A stretch of 63,989 bases of DNA, counting the filler, from Craspedostauros australis (taxonomy: Eukaryota): NCBI GenBank assembly GCA_030167865.1. It is 15 parts of 15 records of this genome, joined end to end, with 100 filler letters (N's around TTAATTAATTAA, not from the genome) between each part and the next. Parts side by side here need not be neighbours in the genome. Positions count along the whole stretch, not along the records: positions 23,813 to 40,800 come from JALAGF010000808.1; 14 more parts are not named here. One strand, written 5' to 3'. The notes under the pieces were generated by a model. It was not told the DNA's origin. It ran no database searches and was given only the letters and a program-made list of their open reading frames with translations. The position numbers and the translations under genes are program-made. Shown piece by piece: positions 23,813 to 35,854 of this stretch (its first letter is position 1; the number at the start of each line of letters is the position of its first letter).

Positions 23813-26030
23813 GCCAGCATGAAATGCGGCCTTGATGGTCGTGTTGATTCCACTCACATGTTCGCAGTCCATGGCTGCTCTCATCAGTAGTTCCTCATTT
23901 GCGTGTCCCAGATGTGTGTAGGCATAGGATTTACCATGCCAGGCCTTCATGAACCATGCCTGCAAAGCTGTCTTTGCAAGCCATTGCTGCAGTTCCAGAA
24001 ACTGGGGTGATGCGGTGCCATCACTTCCTTTGCTGGGCACATCATTTTCGTTGCATTCTCCTTGTGTATCAGTCTTGAGACTGGAGCTACTGTTCCTTGT
24101 TGCTGCCGTGGCTTCTTCTGCATTGATGGACAGGGATGACAGAGTGCTGTGCTCTGAGCTACCTCTATTTTCACGTGCAGCTGTGCTATTATCTGGTAGG
24201 CATGTGTCAGTGAATACTGATGTGTCTGCAGCCTCTGCTCTACTGGAAGCACCTGCATTCGACACGGATGTGGCAGTAGTGGGTGGACCAGAGGCAGATG
24301 TGCTCGATGCTGCAGTTTCGGAAGCTGGTGTGCCTGATGTGCAAGGGGCTGGTGTGTTGAATGTGGACGATGTGGATTGTGAGGCAGGTGAGCCTGAAGT
24401 CCTGGGCGCAGATGCCGCAGCTGCGGCTTCTTCAGTGGGGTGTGTGTTGCATGCCGAAGTTTGAAGATATGGAGGATTGAGCTGGAGATGAAGGGAGAGC
24501 GAAAGTGCTGGCGACTGAGGTTGTAGATGTTCAAGTCTGCCGAGCAGATAAAGATTGTCCTTGATGGCAGTGGACAGACTTTGTGCACCTTAATGCTGGT
24601 GTGAGTCGAGATGGCCTCGTCCATCTAGAAGCAGATGACCTTGTGCTGTGCATTGTAGATGTGGATGGAGGAGGAGCTGATATGGCAGACATCAGTGCGG
24701 ACGATGTGAATGAAGGGGAGGCACAACAACTGCATGTACTAGGTGCAATTGTATACCTGCCAGAGTCGCGGTTGATGCTGGCTGCAGCATCACTTGACTG
24801 CTGGGTTGCAGCAGCCTGGGCAACACTGACTCCCTTCTCATGGGCGATGCCGTGCGGGTCCTGCAGTTGTTTTTTCTGGCTAGGAGATGGGATGGAATGG
24901 TTTGCATTGGTCGATGCAGCCATCATTGCAGTCTTGTAGAGGATGTCCATGTCCTTTGAAAGCTGCTTCATGCACAGCCATTGAAAACGGTTTGGCAGCA
25001 CCATGCAGTGCTTGCGATTTGCCTTCCCATGGGTGCTCAGGGTGAGGCTGAGCTTGTTTTGCAACGTCTTGGCTGGACGCTTGTTTCCGTTGCGCGAGCA
25101 CAGACAGGTGCAGACTTTCTGCTGAGCAGTCATCCTCTGACCATTGCACAACAGAGGCTCGTAGGTTGGCCTCCAATTTTGATGAGTTGTCTTGTTCATT
25201 TGTGAGCTGCTTGTAGTGCACCTTTGCATCAAGCAAGGCCTTTCCCACAGCAACACAAACTCTGTCATGTTGGGATCCAGCATCATTGGGGATGATGATG
25301 TTGGCGGCAGCAACAATGGCAGCAATCAGCATGGCTGCTGGTGCATCGTTGGCCACATGAGCATTGCCAACAGGGTAGACTCCAGTATCGACGTTGTTGG
25401 TGTCAACATTGCTTTCATTGTGGACACCAAGGATGTCATCATTGTTGTCACTGTCAAGATCAATTGGGGTATCAATAACCTAGTCTTCGTATGAACTGTT
25501 GGTGTCATTATCGCTGTGGTTGGTGGTGTCTGCTATGTGCTCGATGAGGGATGCAATGTCAGGCAAAGTACTCACGATGAAACAAGCTTCTTGAAGCTGG
25601 TGGGAACCTAAACAGTGTTATATTAGAGGAACATTTGATGACGAAAGACGTTGATGGTACTGAAGGGGATGGCAATTACGATAAAAAGCTTGTGGTTACA
25701 CACAAAGTTGTTGTGTTACCGTTTACAAGTCTATTGAAGTCCAAGGATGCCGTTGACAACACGTAAATCAACGCGACAAAATACGAAGCCACCATCACAA
25801 CCAGAACGCAACCGAGACAAACAGGCAATTTGGAGGAGGTGGAGTGGTCAAAGTAGTCTTTTCTCAGATGAGCGAAATTCGACTACTTTTTTTGTGGTCG
25901 TAAGTGGACTCCTCAGTCCACTTACGGTAACTGGATTGAGGAGTCCACTTACGGAGCCCAAAAATGCAAGGGGGTCGTAAGTGGACTCACCAGTCCACTT
26001 ACGAAAACGCCCACACAAAAAATTCCTTAC
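23813..26030 (-). mobile_element. Decayed TE-like sequence with broken minus-strand ORFs and a hairpin cluster at its upstream end
   Basis: Fragmented reading frames and visibly TG/CA-rich, CG-poor composition relative to neighbouring genes. Ends in palindromic repeats at 25899-26003. Family not recognised. Confidence 0.4.
25899..26003. repeat. Three copies of a 28-bp palindrome CGTAAGTGGACT-N4-AGTCCACTTACG
   Basis: 25899-25926 (loop CCTC), 25927-25953 (inverted copy, 2 mismatches), 25976-26003 (loop CACC). Confidence 0.95.
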
Positions 26031-26555
26031 GGATATATGGATCGGGCAACACTGATGGACTTCGTCCGCTCAATGAGAACCAACTCTGTGAGAACCAATT
26101 GATCCGAAGTGATTGAGGTGGACGGCACTGCCGAGGAAGAGGAGTGAAGTAGTTCACTCCAGCAACGGCGCTTGAGGAGCGAACGCTTCATGCAGTGGAG
26201 GAGTGCAGATGGCGAAGTCTGAACAATTAGATGTCAATTAAATATTCTCTATATTACTTTCTCAAGAGAGCCTTTAGACTCGTATGTTGTGGGACCTGCA
26301 CGAGTAGTCGCCGCGCAGTCACAGTGCAAGGAGATGACGAGTGATCAATCCAATGCCGCATCGCACCTGTCGAGTCATGCATCTGTCAACGCCAACGCAC
26401 CTGTCGAGTGAAAAGACGAAAGTTGGGCCGCATGTGCCGAAGAGAGTGCCGCAAGCGGAACTGCCACGACATCAAACAATCACTCGATCATTGTTAAGTT
26501 CAGTTGCGCCGCGTTTTGTTGTGATGGGGAGACAAGATGGTTGTGAATGTGAGTG

Positions 26556-27900
26556 TTAATGTAGGTGGGCGAGGACCATGGAATATGAGCGCCGTGGAGC
26601 CAGCGCCGTAGAGCCTCCGCTGGATTCACGCTCATATTCGTCACCTTTACCATTGGTGTCTGTTGATACGCGAGCGTTTGCTCTGTTGTTCGGGCCAGCC
26701 GTTAGGGCAGCAGATGAGTCAAGCAACGAAGCAAGGACCATGTGCCTCGCCAATTGCGCTTTGGTCATGCTGAATGCGATCGCTCGCCGCCGGCGGAGTG
26801 CGCGAGGCTTGATGCGGTCCAACCACTTGGCTGGGTTGGCGACTACTCTGGCGTCCAAAGCGATGGGTCTCATGCGCAGTGCATTGGTGCCATGTGATGC
26901 TTCGCTGCCAAGCCGTTGCTTTCCGCACCTCAGGGCGAATTCGCTGCAGAGTGGGAGTCTTGTTCAGTGCTCCAGCTTGACGACTTGGGGATTGGCATCA
27001 TCTGTCAACAGATACGCGGAACCGAAGTCGACACCAAGATATCGCGCGCATCTTCCACATGATGCGTGGTCCGACCTCAGCTCTCTCGTCCGTCACCTGC
27101 ACTTTTCCGCGCAACACGTGTGCCTGCCTAGTTCAGTTGGCGGAATTGAAGCAGCGAAGACCGGGCTCATCATCTCAGAGGTGTTTGTACCAATAGTCGC
27201 ACGAGTAGAGGGCAGTGTGCTCGTACGAGTATCATGGTGGTCGAAAACTATGGCGCGCGGAGTGTGCTGCGTTGCGCCGAGTGCGTCTTTGGCTGCTGTT
27301 GGTGATGCCTCCCTCTTGCATGATATTTTGTTTCTTGGATACAGCACTATGAGCTACTAGTGCTGTGGCGCACCTGTATATGTACTTACACAGAGTGCGG
27401 GCATCCCACGGCCTGGTACAGTCTCACCCGTCGTCGAAGTGTGAAGCTGTTTGTTCCATTCTGCGCGTGTTTCGTCTCCTCAGAAACACCATCCAACCAG
27501 ATCCACAACATACCATTTCGCAACAAGAAGAGCATGTGGTACAATTGATGCAAAGTGTGGTGGAATGGAATGAACCAAGGCGCTAACCCTGACACGGTTA
27601 AAAGGGTAGAGTGGTCCTTTTGACATCGTTGCAGCAACCAAAGGTGTTCGTTCCAACAGTTGTCCTGCGTTTGCAGGTGGCGCCGCTGCGATGACTCTGG
27701 AACAATCTTTCATCAATCCTGATCACCTTCGCCACCACAATATCTCGTAAAAATGAGTACTCCCCGCAAGTTAGCTTGGCCCGCCAACACATTCAGGCAC
27801 AAGAAGGTTGCAAAAACGCAAGCGCCTTGTCGCCCCGTTGCGATTCAACAGTTCGCCTTCCGCTCTCCACGGTGCACGCGATTCTGCGACCATGCTCTCG
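26556..27900 (-). pseudogene. Highly degenerate non-LTR (LINE, L1/Tx1-like) reverse transcriptase relic
   Basis: Motif remnants in collinear order across frames: WRAKLTCGEYSFL (cf. WRPI.LL..DYKIL), HRSG (Q.GF), GLAPWFI, NG..SF..RRRVR...GCPHS (RGVRQGCPLS), RYLGV, ANPAKWLDR. Confidence 0.5.
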
Positions 27901-29696
27901 TCATATTGAGGAGTTGTAGTGAACCCATAGTTCGTACGACGCCTCCAGCACTGGCAGAGCAGAATCACCGTTTTCCTTGAGCTTCTCGCTGATCTCCTTC
28001 GCCTTGGCCTTCGTTGCCACCGACTTTGTCTTGACAGAATACGATTTGAGCACCTGCATGAGATGGTTGCAAGCGGTTTCCGTCAATCGCGATCGCCGTG
28101 CAGGTTGTTCGCGCTTGGTCAGCGTCGGCAACAAGGCGACGATGGCGGCCACGGCATGCTCCGCCGCAATCTCATCGGGTGTGTAAGCGTCTTCCTCGGC
28201 GTCATCGTACCCTTCCAGCGCCACATCCGCGACGATTTGGAATAGCTGGGCGACCGCCGTTGGCAACGCCACCACCTTGGTTTTGGATTCTCCATCATCG
28301 TTGTTGAGGTCCTCCTTCACTGCCGACCGAGCCAGGGACGCGAAGGCCTTCGTCGCCGTCGACAATCGGAAGGTGTTATCCAGGTACACGTGCTTCTTGC
28401 CTTCCCGCTCGAAAGTCTTGCCCATGAGTTCCGAAACTGACGCCGTCGCTGGATAGCCATGCCCCGAGTACGTGGACCACGGAACATTGAGCATGGCGCA
28501 GACCATGGTCGCCTTCAGTCCCTGCAACGTGCCCTCCAGCTCCATGATCTCCTGACACACCTGCGTCGCTCCCGTATCCGCCAGCGATTCCGGCGTGTGC
28601 TCGGCCAGATGCAGGATGAGAAACAGAGAAAAGTCTTCCAGCGAATTCATCTTCCACTCCTTGGCAGGAACGGTCGAGACCTTCAGGGTCCCCACCGCCT
28701 GTCGCGGGGCGGCTGTCAGACCGATGAGGGACGCGGTTTCTGGGTTGCGCGCCAAGCTGGCCAGCAGTCCGAAGGCCCAGCGGAAATCCGCCGTGCCTCG
28801 CGCAGCATGCGCCAGCAGATCCTGCAGGATGCGCAGGAGGGAATCCGGATTCTCTAGCGGTGCGGTAGCAGTCTGCCCTCGTTCTTTCGGCGAGAATTGT
28901 CCGATCGCCTTGACGGCGAGATCGAGATAGGAAAGATTGAGCAGGATGATGAGGCAGAGGTAGGTGTCCTTCTTGCCCGCCGCGATGATAGTGCACAGAT
29001 TCTGCATGAGGCGTTGCGCCAATCCCCGTTCCAGCGCCATGATCTTTTTATTTTCTGCCGGAATGGATATATTGTTGAGCGTGAGGCAGACGAAATGCAG
29101 CTTTTCTTCATTGTCGAAGTGAAGGAGGCATTTGGTGAGCGGCGTGAGGACATCGTACTTGCCGCTGCACACCATGGGGACGCGATTATGCTTGTGCGCC
29201 ACATCGCAGAGGTCGTACAGCTGCTTGGCCGCTTCCGTTGCCTCGTCGCCTTGCTGGTTGACCATGGCAGAGAGCAGTGTGGGAATGTCGTGCATCGTGG
29301 GTGCTCTTGTTGTCTGTTGGGTTTCCGTGTGGGAGTGGACATCGAGATGGAACGGAATGGCATGAAATAACATGTGAGAGAGATGCATACATAGGCAGAG
29401 TAACAACGTGTGGTAGGTGTTGCAATAAAGCTGAGCAGAATGCGACGGTATTGGCATGCATACTCGCAATGCTGATGTCACGGCAGAAGGAACAGATGAG
29501 AGATGATGGTTGCCTTTGACCGAAAACGCCATCGTTCTTGAGTCGCAAATGAAGGACTCACCTTGGAGGAGGGTGTCGTCGCAGCTTTCTTCCCACTTCC
29601 GTCACTCGATCCTTTTGCAACAGCAGCATCGTCGGAGATCTCGACCTCTGCCGCTGTCCCGAAGATGCTGGAAAGGAAGTTCCTGATCAAGCCCGT
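27901..29696 (-). CDS. Armadillo/ARM-like helical repeat protein, 2 exons: 29696-29562, 29313-27901 (start uncertain)
   Basis: ARM-like segments VCLTLNNISIPAENK, LIILLNLS, WAFGLLASLARNPE. Phase-0 intron 29561-29314 (GTGAGT...CAG). Confidence 0.75.
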
Positions 29697-31786
29697 TGTT
29701 GCGTTGCGTTGCGATGTGCGTTGTGTGTTGAGTGTAATTGAGTGTTGGCCGAGTTCATGAAGATGAATGTATGAGGAGGAATGCAAGGAGAGACATGTAG
29801 GTGAGGAAGACGGAAGATGAGAACGTCGCAGCGTCCGAACCTTCATTCGCAACACGGCCACATCGGCTGCGCTTTGCGCAAGAGTCGCCTTACATGATTC
29901 ACTCCCGCTTTCTCTGACGCAATCCGGTGGCGCAATGTTGATTGTCAGTATTGCTATTCCAGGATCCAATCAACGGATCCCCCAAAACGACGGCTGGCCC
30001 TTGCAGAATTGATCAAGCCTCTCGTTCGATTCTTCGTCTGCCAATGCCGAGCAGTTGATCGGAGTGATGCTTCTGCAGTTTCCGTGTTCGATGCTGTGCT
30101 CTGAGTGCCTATCTCTCCAGGCAGTTGGGCTGCCAATGACACTCTCTTTTACACAACTGTTGCTGATGATGATGATGATGATGAGGCTGTCGTTGGGTGC
30201 AAATAGAGCACTGCATTGGTGTGTGGGAACAACCGCCGAGAAGATGGATCCTCACGATGCCCTCTCTCGTCATTCTTCGCCTCCCAATCGTGTTAGTTGC
30301 CTCCATCCAAAGGAAGAGACACGAAATGAGTCGCGACATCGCTTTGGCCTTCGACATTTTCGTCGCCACAAAATGTGGAAACACGATTTGACGTGTCCAA
30401 TCCCGTTTCTTGTGTTTTTCCCCTTTTGTGATCGAAGCGGTCCATCGGATCAGAATCCACTTTGATTCGAATGTATCGTCAGTAATCGTGATCCAATCAC
30501 GCTTTTGAATTCCAAGATTTTCCGCAGGGATGAATTGGTTCTGTCGACTGATTCGATCTCATGTCTGGACAAATCCAACGTGTGACTCTGCGGCAGTTGT
30601 CGATGAAGCGTGAATCTTGGTTTTGATGTCGAGAGCCAATCAGAAGTGGAAGCAAAATGACACAAGCGCCCCGGCCATGCTTCCCTGGTTCTTGACGCTT
30701 AACGAAAACGGGTACCGCAAGGACAATGGAAGCACGGGTCATTGAAGACCGAGCACATTGGATCGATTGGGCGCTGGCGCTGGCAAGTGCCTTTTGCTTC
30801 GCGAGAGGACTTTGCGAGTCAACAACGAAAGCACGAAAAACGGCTGCACGCGCGAAGAAGCGCTACAAGACGCGCGATAGCAGAGAGGGACAACAAGGAA
30901 GGAAGGAGGCACAACATCGACACGGCAATCGCGGAGGAACACAGCGACGGAAACCGACATCAGAATCAGCACAGCAGCGACACGGAGCCGAGCGGAGCAC
31001 GAGAGTGCCGGTAGTTGTGCGGGTATTGGTGAAACGAAACAAGACACAACACGGAGGCAAAACAAAAGCAGAGCAAAGGCAAGTGAAGCGCCAACAACAG
31101 CAGTAACAACAGCAGCAACAACAACAGCAACAAAGAGTGATTGCGACACAACCACGACCAGCAACATCACAACAACACCAAAGAGAGACCACATCACAGA
31201 GCCCAACCCATCTTGCGTACTCCCACAGACAGACGTCTCCTGGAACGACCACAACAGGGACACAACGATCAGCATCCGCACCCACGACCTTGTATCCGAA
31301 GCTCGTTCAACCCCGACCAAGACTGGAGCAAGAAGGCATCATCGTATCCGTATCCGTATCCGTAGTCGCAACACAACATAACACAACATCACAAAGCAGA
31401 GCAGAGGAGAGTAGAGCAGAACCAAAGGCACCAGAACTACCAAAAGCACCAAGGCAACTTGATCAAGAGACCTGCGGCTTCACGAAACAAGACAGAATTC
31501 AGAACAGACAGAAGACGGCAGACAGCGCATAGCGCATAGCACAGACGACAGATAGCGGAAGGAAGCCACCGAGAAGACCCGCAGCGACTCCGATCTCTCC
31601 CTCCTGCCTTCCCAGTCCCATCTTTGCCCTCGCGATCCATTCGGAGCCTCCAGCAGATATATCCACATCGTCATCAGAAGCATCATCATAGGCATCGCCA
31701 TCGTAAGCATCATCAAAAGCATCATATAACCAGACAGAGAGTGTTGAAAGACAGCGCATTCGGGCAATTGCAGAAGCAGCAACAGC

Positions 31787-32530
31787 ATGGCACCACTGAT
31801 GACGGCACTGAACATGATCAACGAGCCAGACAGCGGGGACTCCAGCCACTGCGTCAACGATGGAGTTGGTGAATGCGACAACACAACCAACAACAACAAG
31901 ACCGGCAGCGTCCGCTTCGTTTCCTTCCTGCAGCACCGCATCATCCCGCCCTCCAGGGACTACTCGGAGGAGGAGGTCCAGGCGGCATGGTACAGCAGAG
32001 GGGAGCTCGCGGTCATGAAGAAGGAGCGCTACGACACCGTCCGCCTGCTCAACACCGTCGGCTCCTTCCCCATCGACTCCGAACAGCACTGCAGCGACGG
32101 CCTCCTCACGGACGACGAATCCTGCCTGCGAAGGACGACCATCAGCGACGTTCTGGAGTCCGTGCTCTCGGAGCAGGAGGTGCAGATCGAGGAGGACGGC
32201 AGAATCGACCACGACATGATAGCCGACGTCTACTTCGAGGCATGCTGCGTCAGCGAGTCGCAGGCGCTCGAACGGGGGATGCGCGTGGCCAGGGAGGTCA
32301 AGTCCATCAACGTCAACGACACCACGGAGTCGACGGACACCGTCCGCGCGCCGCTTCCCTACACATCACCCAAGGTGGCCCAATCCAAGAGCTTCGGCCG
32401 CACGAGATCGAGGCACAAGAGGAATTCAAATCCCTCCAAGGCCAGGAGTCTGCCAAAAACGTACATGAACCAGACGCGTCCCAAGATCTACCAGCCTCCC
32501 AGAATCACGCACACGATACATGACATATAG
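31787..32530 (+). CDS. Diatom-type hypothetical protein (SVRF...YS.EE....WYS..EL...GL...VL.EQ family)
   Basis: Strong GC3 bias. The motif series SVRF, DYSEEEVQAAWYSRGEL, SVLSEQ, IADVY, ALERG is typical of an expanded diatom family. Confidence 0.8.
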   Translation: MAPLMTALNMINEPDSGDSSHCVNDGVGECDNTTNNNKTGSVRFVSFLQHRIIPPSRDYSEEEVQAAWYSRGELAVMKKERYDTVRLLNTVGSFPIDSEQHCSDGLLTDDESCLRRTTISDVLESVLSEQEVQIEEDGRIDHDMIADVYFEACCVSESQALERGMRVAREVKSINVNDTTESTDTVRAPLPYTSPKVAQSKSFGRTRSRHKRNSNPSKARSLPKTYMNQTRPKIYQPPRITHTIHDI

Positions 32531-33735
32531 TATCATGATCTATGAGTATGAGTATGATCTATGGACATGATCTATGAGCGTGGGTATGAGTATGAGTATG
32601 ATCATCCTCGCCTTCTCTCAACTCCACTCAATCAAGTCACAACACACACACACCCGCGCAGGCGCTGACACGAACGCCTCATTGTCCTCACCAACAGCAA
32701 CAGTCATGTCGCGCACACTTCGCGCCATGCGTTGCACGATCGTGTTTCAAGTCCTCTTCACATCTCAAACAAATCCATCATCTCCATTCCTCTTCCATAC
32801 CGACTACCAGCACGAGTAGAGCATTCTGCAACAACACAGCATCAGCCCACCTCCTTTTGGCTCTGTCCCAAGTCGGCACAGCTCAATCGCTCCGCCGCTC
32901 GGCCCACCAACGCTCGTTTGCGCTCAGCCGAAAACACGCACACACGCCAAACAATTTCATGGCAGAGGATCGCAACACCGCGCTCCGCAACCCACCAAGG
33001 GCCGGCTTTTCACCTCTTGGGAGGCGGGAAAGCCCTGCCTCGGAATTACTCTCTCCGACGCAACGCAATGGAATGACAGAACATGGCATGACATGACATG
33101 GCTTTGAGGGAAGGCGCAACGAGCTCTACAGTCTCGGCACCAGGCATGCGAGGCTGATGCTCTGCTTCAGGAAGAGGTCTCATCTACCATGCCATACCAT
33201 AACACATCATACCATACCATAATATAATAATATAGCACAATACAATCACGTATGCTCTACACAACAACACACCAAAGCGCGGCTTCAGGTGGAGACAGCA
33301 ACTTGGCTGTGGCGCTCTGCGGTGAGTGACAGGAAAGAGTGTTCTCCAGCCCGCTCGGGTTTGATGTCTCCATCACATCACGTCGCTTCCCATGAACGAA
33401 TCCACCAATCAACATCATGGAACAATTCCTCCTGCAAGACATGATGCCAATTTGTCAATACTACGACCAGAGGTCATGAGAACCTCGCACTCGGCAGTGT
33501 CGCTGCTTTGCGAGGAGGAACAGATGAGATGATGTTTCGTGACCTCGCATCGAGTGCGGCGCAACGAGAGGCAGGAGGAGAGGGGGTAGTATGCAGAAGC
33601 AGAGTAGCACTACCACTTTGTATCATCCGCTTGCGTTACTCTAAATTGTATTATATCACATAATGCTTGTGCCATCCCATACATACAGATACTCGCACCG
33701 TCCGAGTCAACTACACGAGTCTTCTAGCTCGTTGC

Positions 33736-35356
33736 CTACAGCCACTTCTGCACGGCCTCGTGGCTCCATTCGTACAGCGCCTCCTGCACCGCCACGTTGC
33801 CAGTGCGCACGGAGGGCGCCATCCGCCGCAAGTTGGGCATCAGACGCTGTGCCACCAGCAGGAACAGCGCGAAGCCTTGGGCGATAGCGTCGCGCACGGG
33901 CAGCATGCTGTAGGCCCATTCCGGCAAAACGTTCATGATGTTGATCATCCATTCTGGATGCTGCGTGTTGGTGTAGAACTTGGGAACGGTGCTGGCGTTG
34001 GTATCATCATCCAGCATGGCTTCGAAGATCGACGCCAACCCGTAATCATCCGAATCATACGCCATGAACTTCAAGGCCTGGATGGCAGGCTCGCTGCCTG
34101 CGATCCGCGTGCCGACCCACGTGGGGCAGATGCTGACGGCCTCCATGGGTTGCCCGTCCTTGTTTGCAAAGCGACGGTTCAAGGCCTCTGCATGCAGGAT
34201 CTGCGCCAGCTTGGAATTGGCGTAGGAACGATTCACACGGAACACGAAGAAGCCGTGCGCACCGCCGGGTCGGCTGGCGATGGGGTTGCGCGCGGCGAAG
34301 GCAGGGACGTCGTCGTGTGGGGAGGGGCGCAGCTCGGTGACGTCGGCTCCGAAGTGGAACAGCGAAGAAATCTGGATGATCTTCGTTTTTGGTTGGGTGG
34401 ACTTTTCCAGCAGCGGCATCAGCTTTTCCGTGAGCAGGAAATGGGACAAGTAGTTGACTTTCATCGTAGTGGATGGCAGTGGGTGGAAGTGGATGCGGGC
34501 GTTGTGTGTTTGGTATGCAATGCAGATCGAAGAAGACGGTTGGTGAGCCTGAACAGTCGAGCATTTAGTTGTAGGTGCCGTTCCAGAATTGTTTGAGGAG
34601 AGCCGAGACGAATAAAGGAAAGAGCGAATGAGCAAGCTGCTGCAGTCCAGCTTACCGTCATCTCTTTGTTGGGATGGCACTGACAGCTCGGCCGCAAAAA
34701 GCAAACGCTTCTTCTTTTGCCATTGCTTCTCTGAACATCGAGGCCTCATGCAACTTGTGCATCCCCCTCAGAACTCCGTCGCAACTTCATCACGCATTGA
34801 TGCTTCACTCACCAGCAAACACCTGCTCATAGCCTTGCTTTGACAAATCTACTCCGCTCGCTGCACCATGGATGCCAGCATTGTTCACGAGCATATCCAC
34901 CCGATCGAATCGTTGCAGCATATCGTCTGCCCCCTTGGCGACCGAATCCAAATCGTTGAGATCGGCAATGACGGTCGACACGCCTTTATTCTCCTGCGCC
35001 AGACGCTCCAACTTGGAAGATGACCGACCAATGGCGATGACATGCGCACCCATCGATGACAGCCTGCGTGTGAGCCCCAGACCAATTCCAGACGTTGCTC
35101 CAGTGACGGCAATGACGAGCCCATCGAGTGGCGCCTTGTTTGCGATGTCGGCCGCATCATGTCTCATCAACTTGTGCGCTCGTGGAATGACGTTTCCTTC
35201 CCAATCGACTGTGGGCTTGGGCATGGCCAGGATGATGGCGCAGATCAGCACCAGCAATGCTGTGCCGTACATCATTAACGTCCATACGGAAATGGAAGCC
35301 TTTCGTGATGGTCTCGCAGCCGAGGCTGACCGGGAAGTTTCGCCACCTTTGCTCAT
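33736..35356 (-). CDS. Short-chain dehydrogenase/reductase (retinol-DH/WWOX-like), copy A; exons 35356-34813, 34457-33736
   Basis: N-terminal TM segment, TGATSGIG, LVNNAG, FA|VNYLSHFLLT, catalytic YANSK. Intron 34812-34458. Confidence 0.9.
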
Positions 35357-35638
35357 GGTGTTCCTTCGGTATTCTGAAAATCGTGACGTGAGAGTGGAAT
35401 GGATGGAATGGAGGACTCTCCGCCTTGGGGTATTCCTCTTTCTGTGACAGTATGGGCAGATGCAGTGCGCGTATGTGCTGTCACTGGACTTGATGTACGA
35501 CTAATGAGATGATGATGGAACTGATCAGGGAGACGTCAACCTCGTGGCATCTACAACCTTTCGGGCCGCGTTTCTGTGTTGTGGTTGTGATCGTTCTTCT
35601 GTGTTGTGGTTGCGTCATCTTGTTCTCGTGGCAAGGAC

Positions 35639-35670
35639 GACTCAATCCAATCCCGTGGAAAGGTATCTTC
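35639..35670 (-). promoter_or_regulatory. Conserved 32-bp upstream element of the SDR genes (other copies at 37712-37743 and 40015-40046)
   Basis: GACTCAATCCAATCC(C/T)GTG..AA.GTATCTTC lies about 260-370 bp upstream of each SDR ATG while flanking DNA has diverged. It contains a CCAAT core. Confidence 0.6.
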
Positions 35671-35854
35671 GTGAGAGTCCACGTACTTCGAAATACTGGT
35701 TCTGCAGATCGCCACCATGACTGGGCGATCACTTCTCCAATCCGCAAGTACTACCATACTTCGGCAAGACACAATCTTGTAGCATCTGTTTTCTCTCCGT
35801 TCTATGATTTCATTACGAATATACTTGTACACACTGTATCGATACGCTCTTTCT

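Noticed and set aside
26578..27360. 260-aa plus-strand ORF
   Set aside because: No recognisable motifs; better explained as the antisense of the LINE relic.
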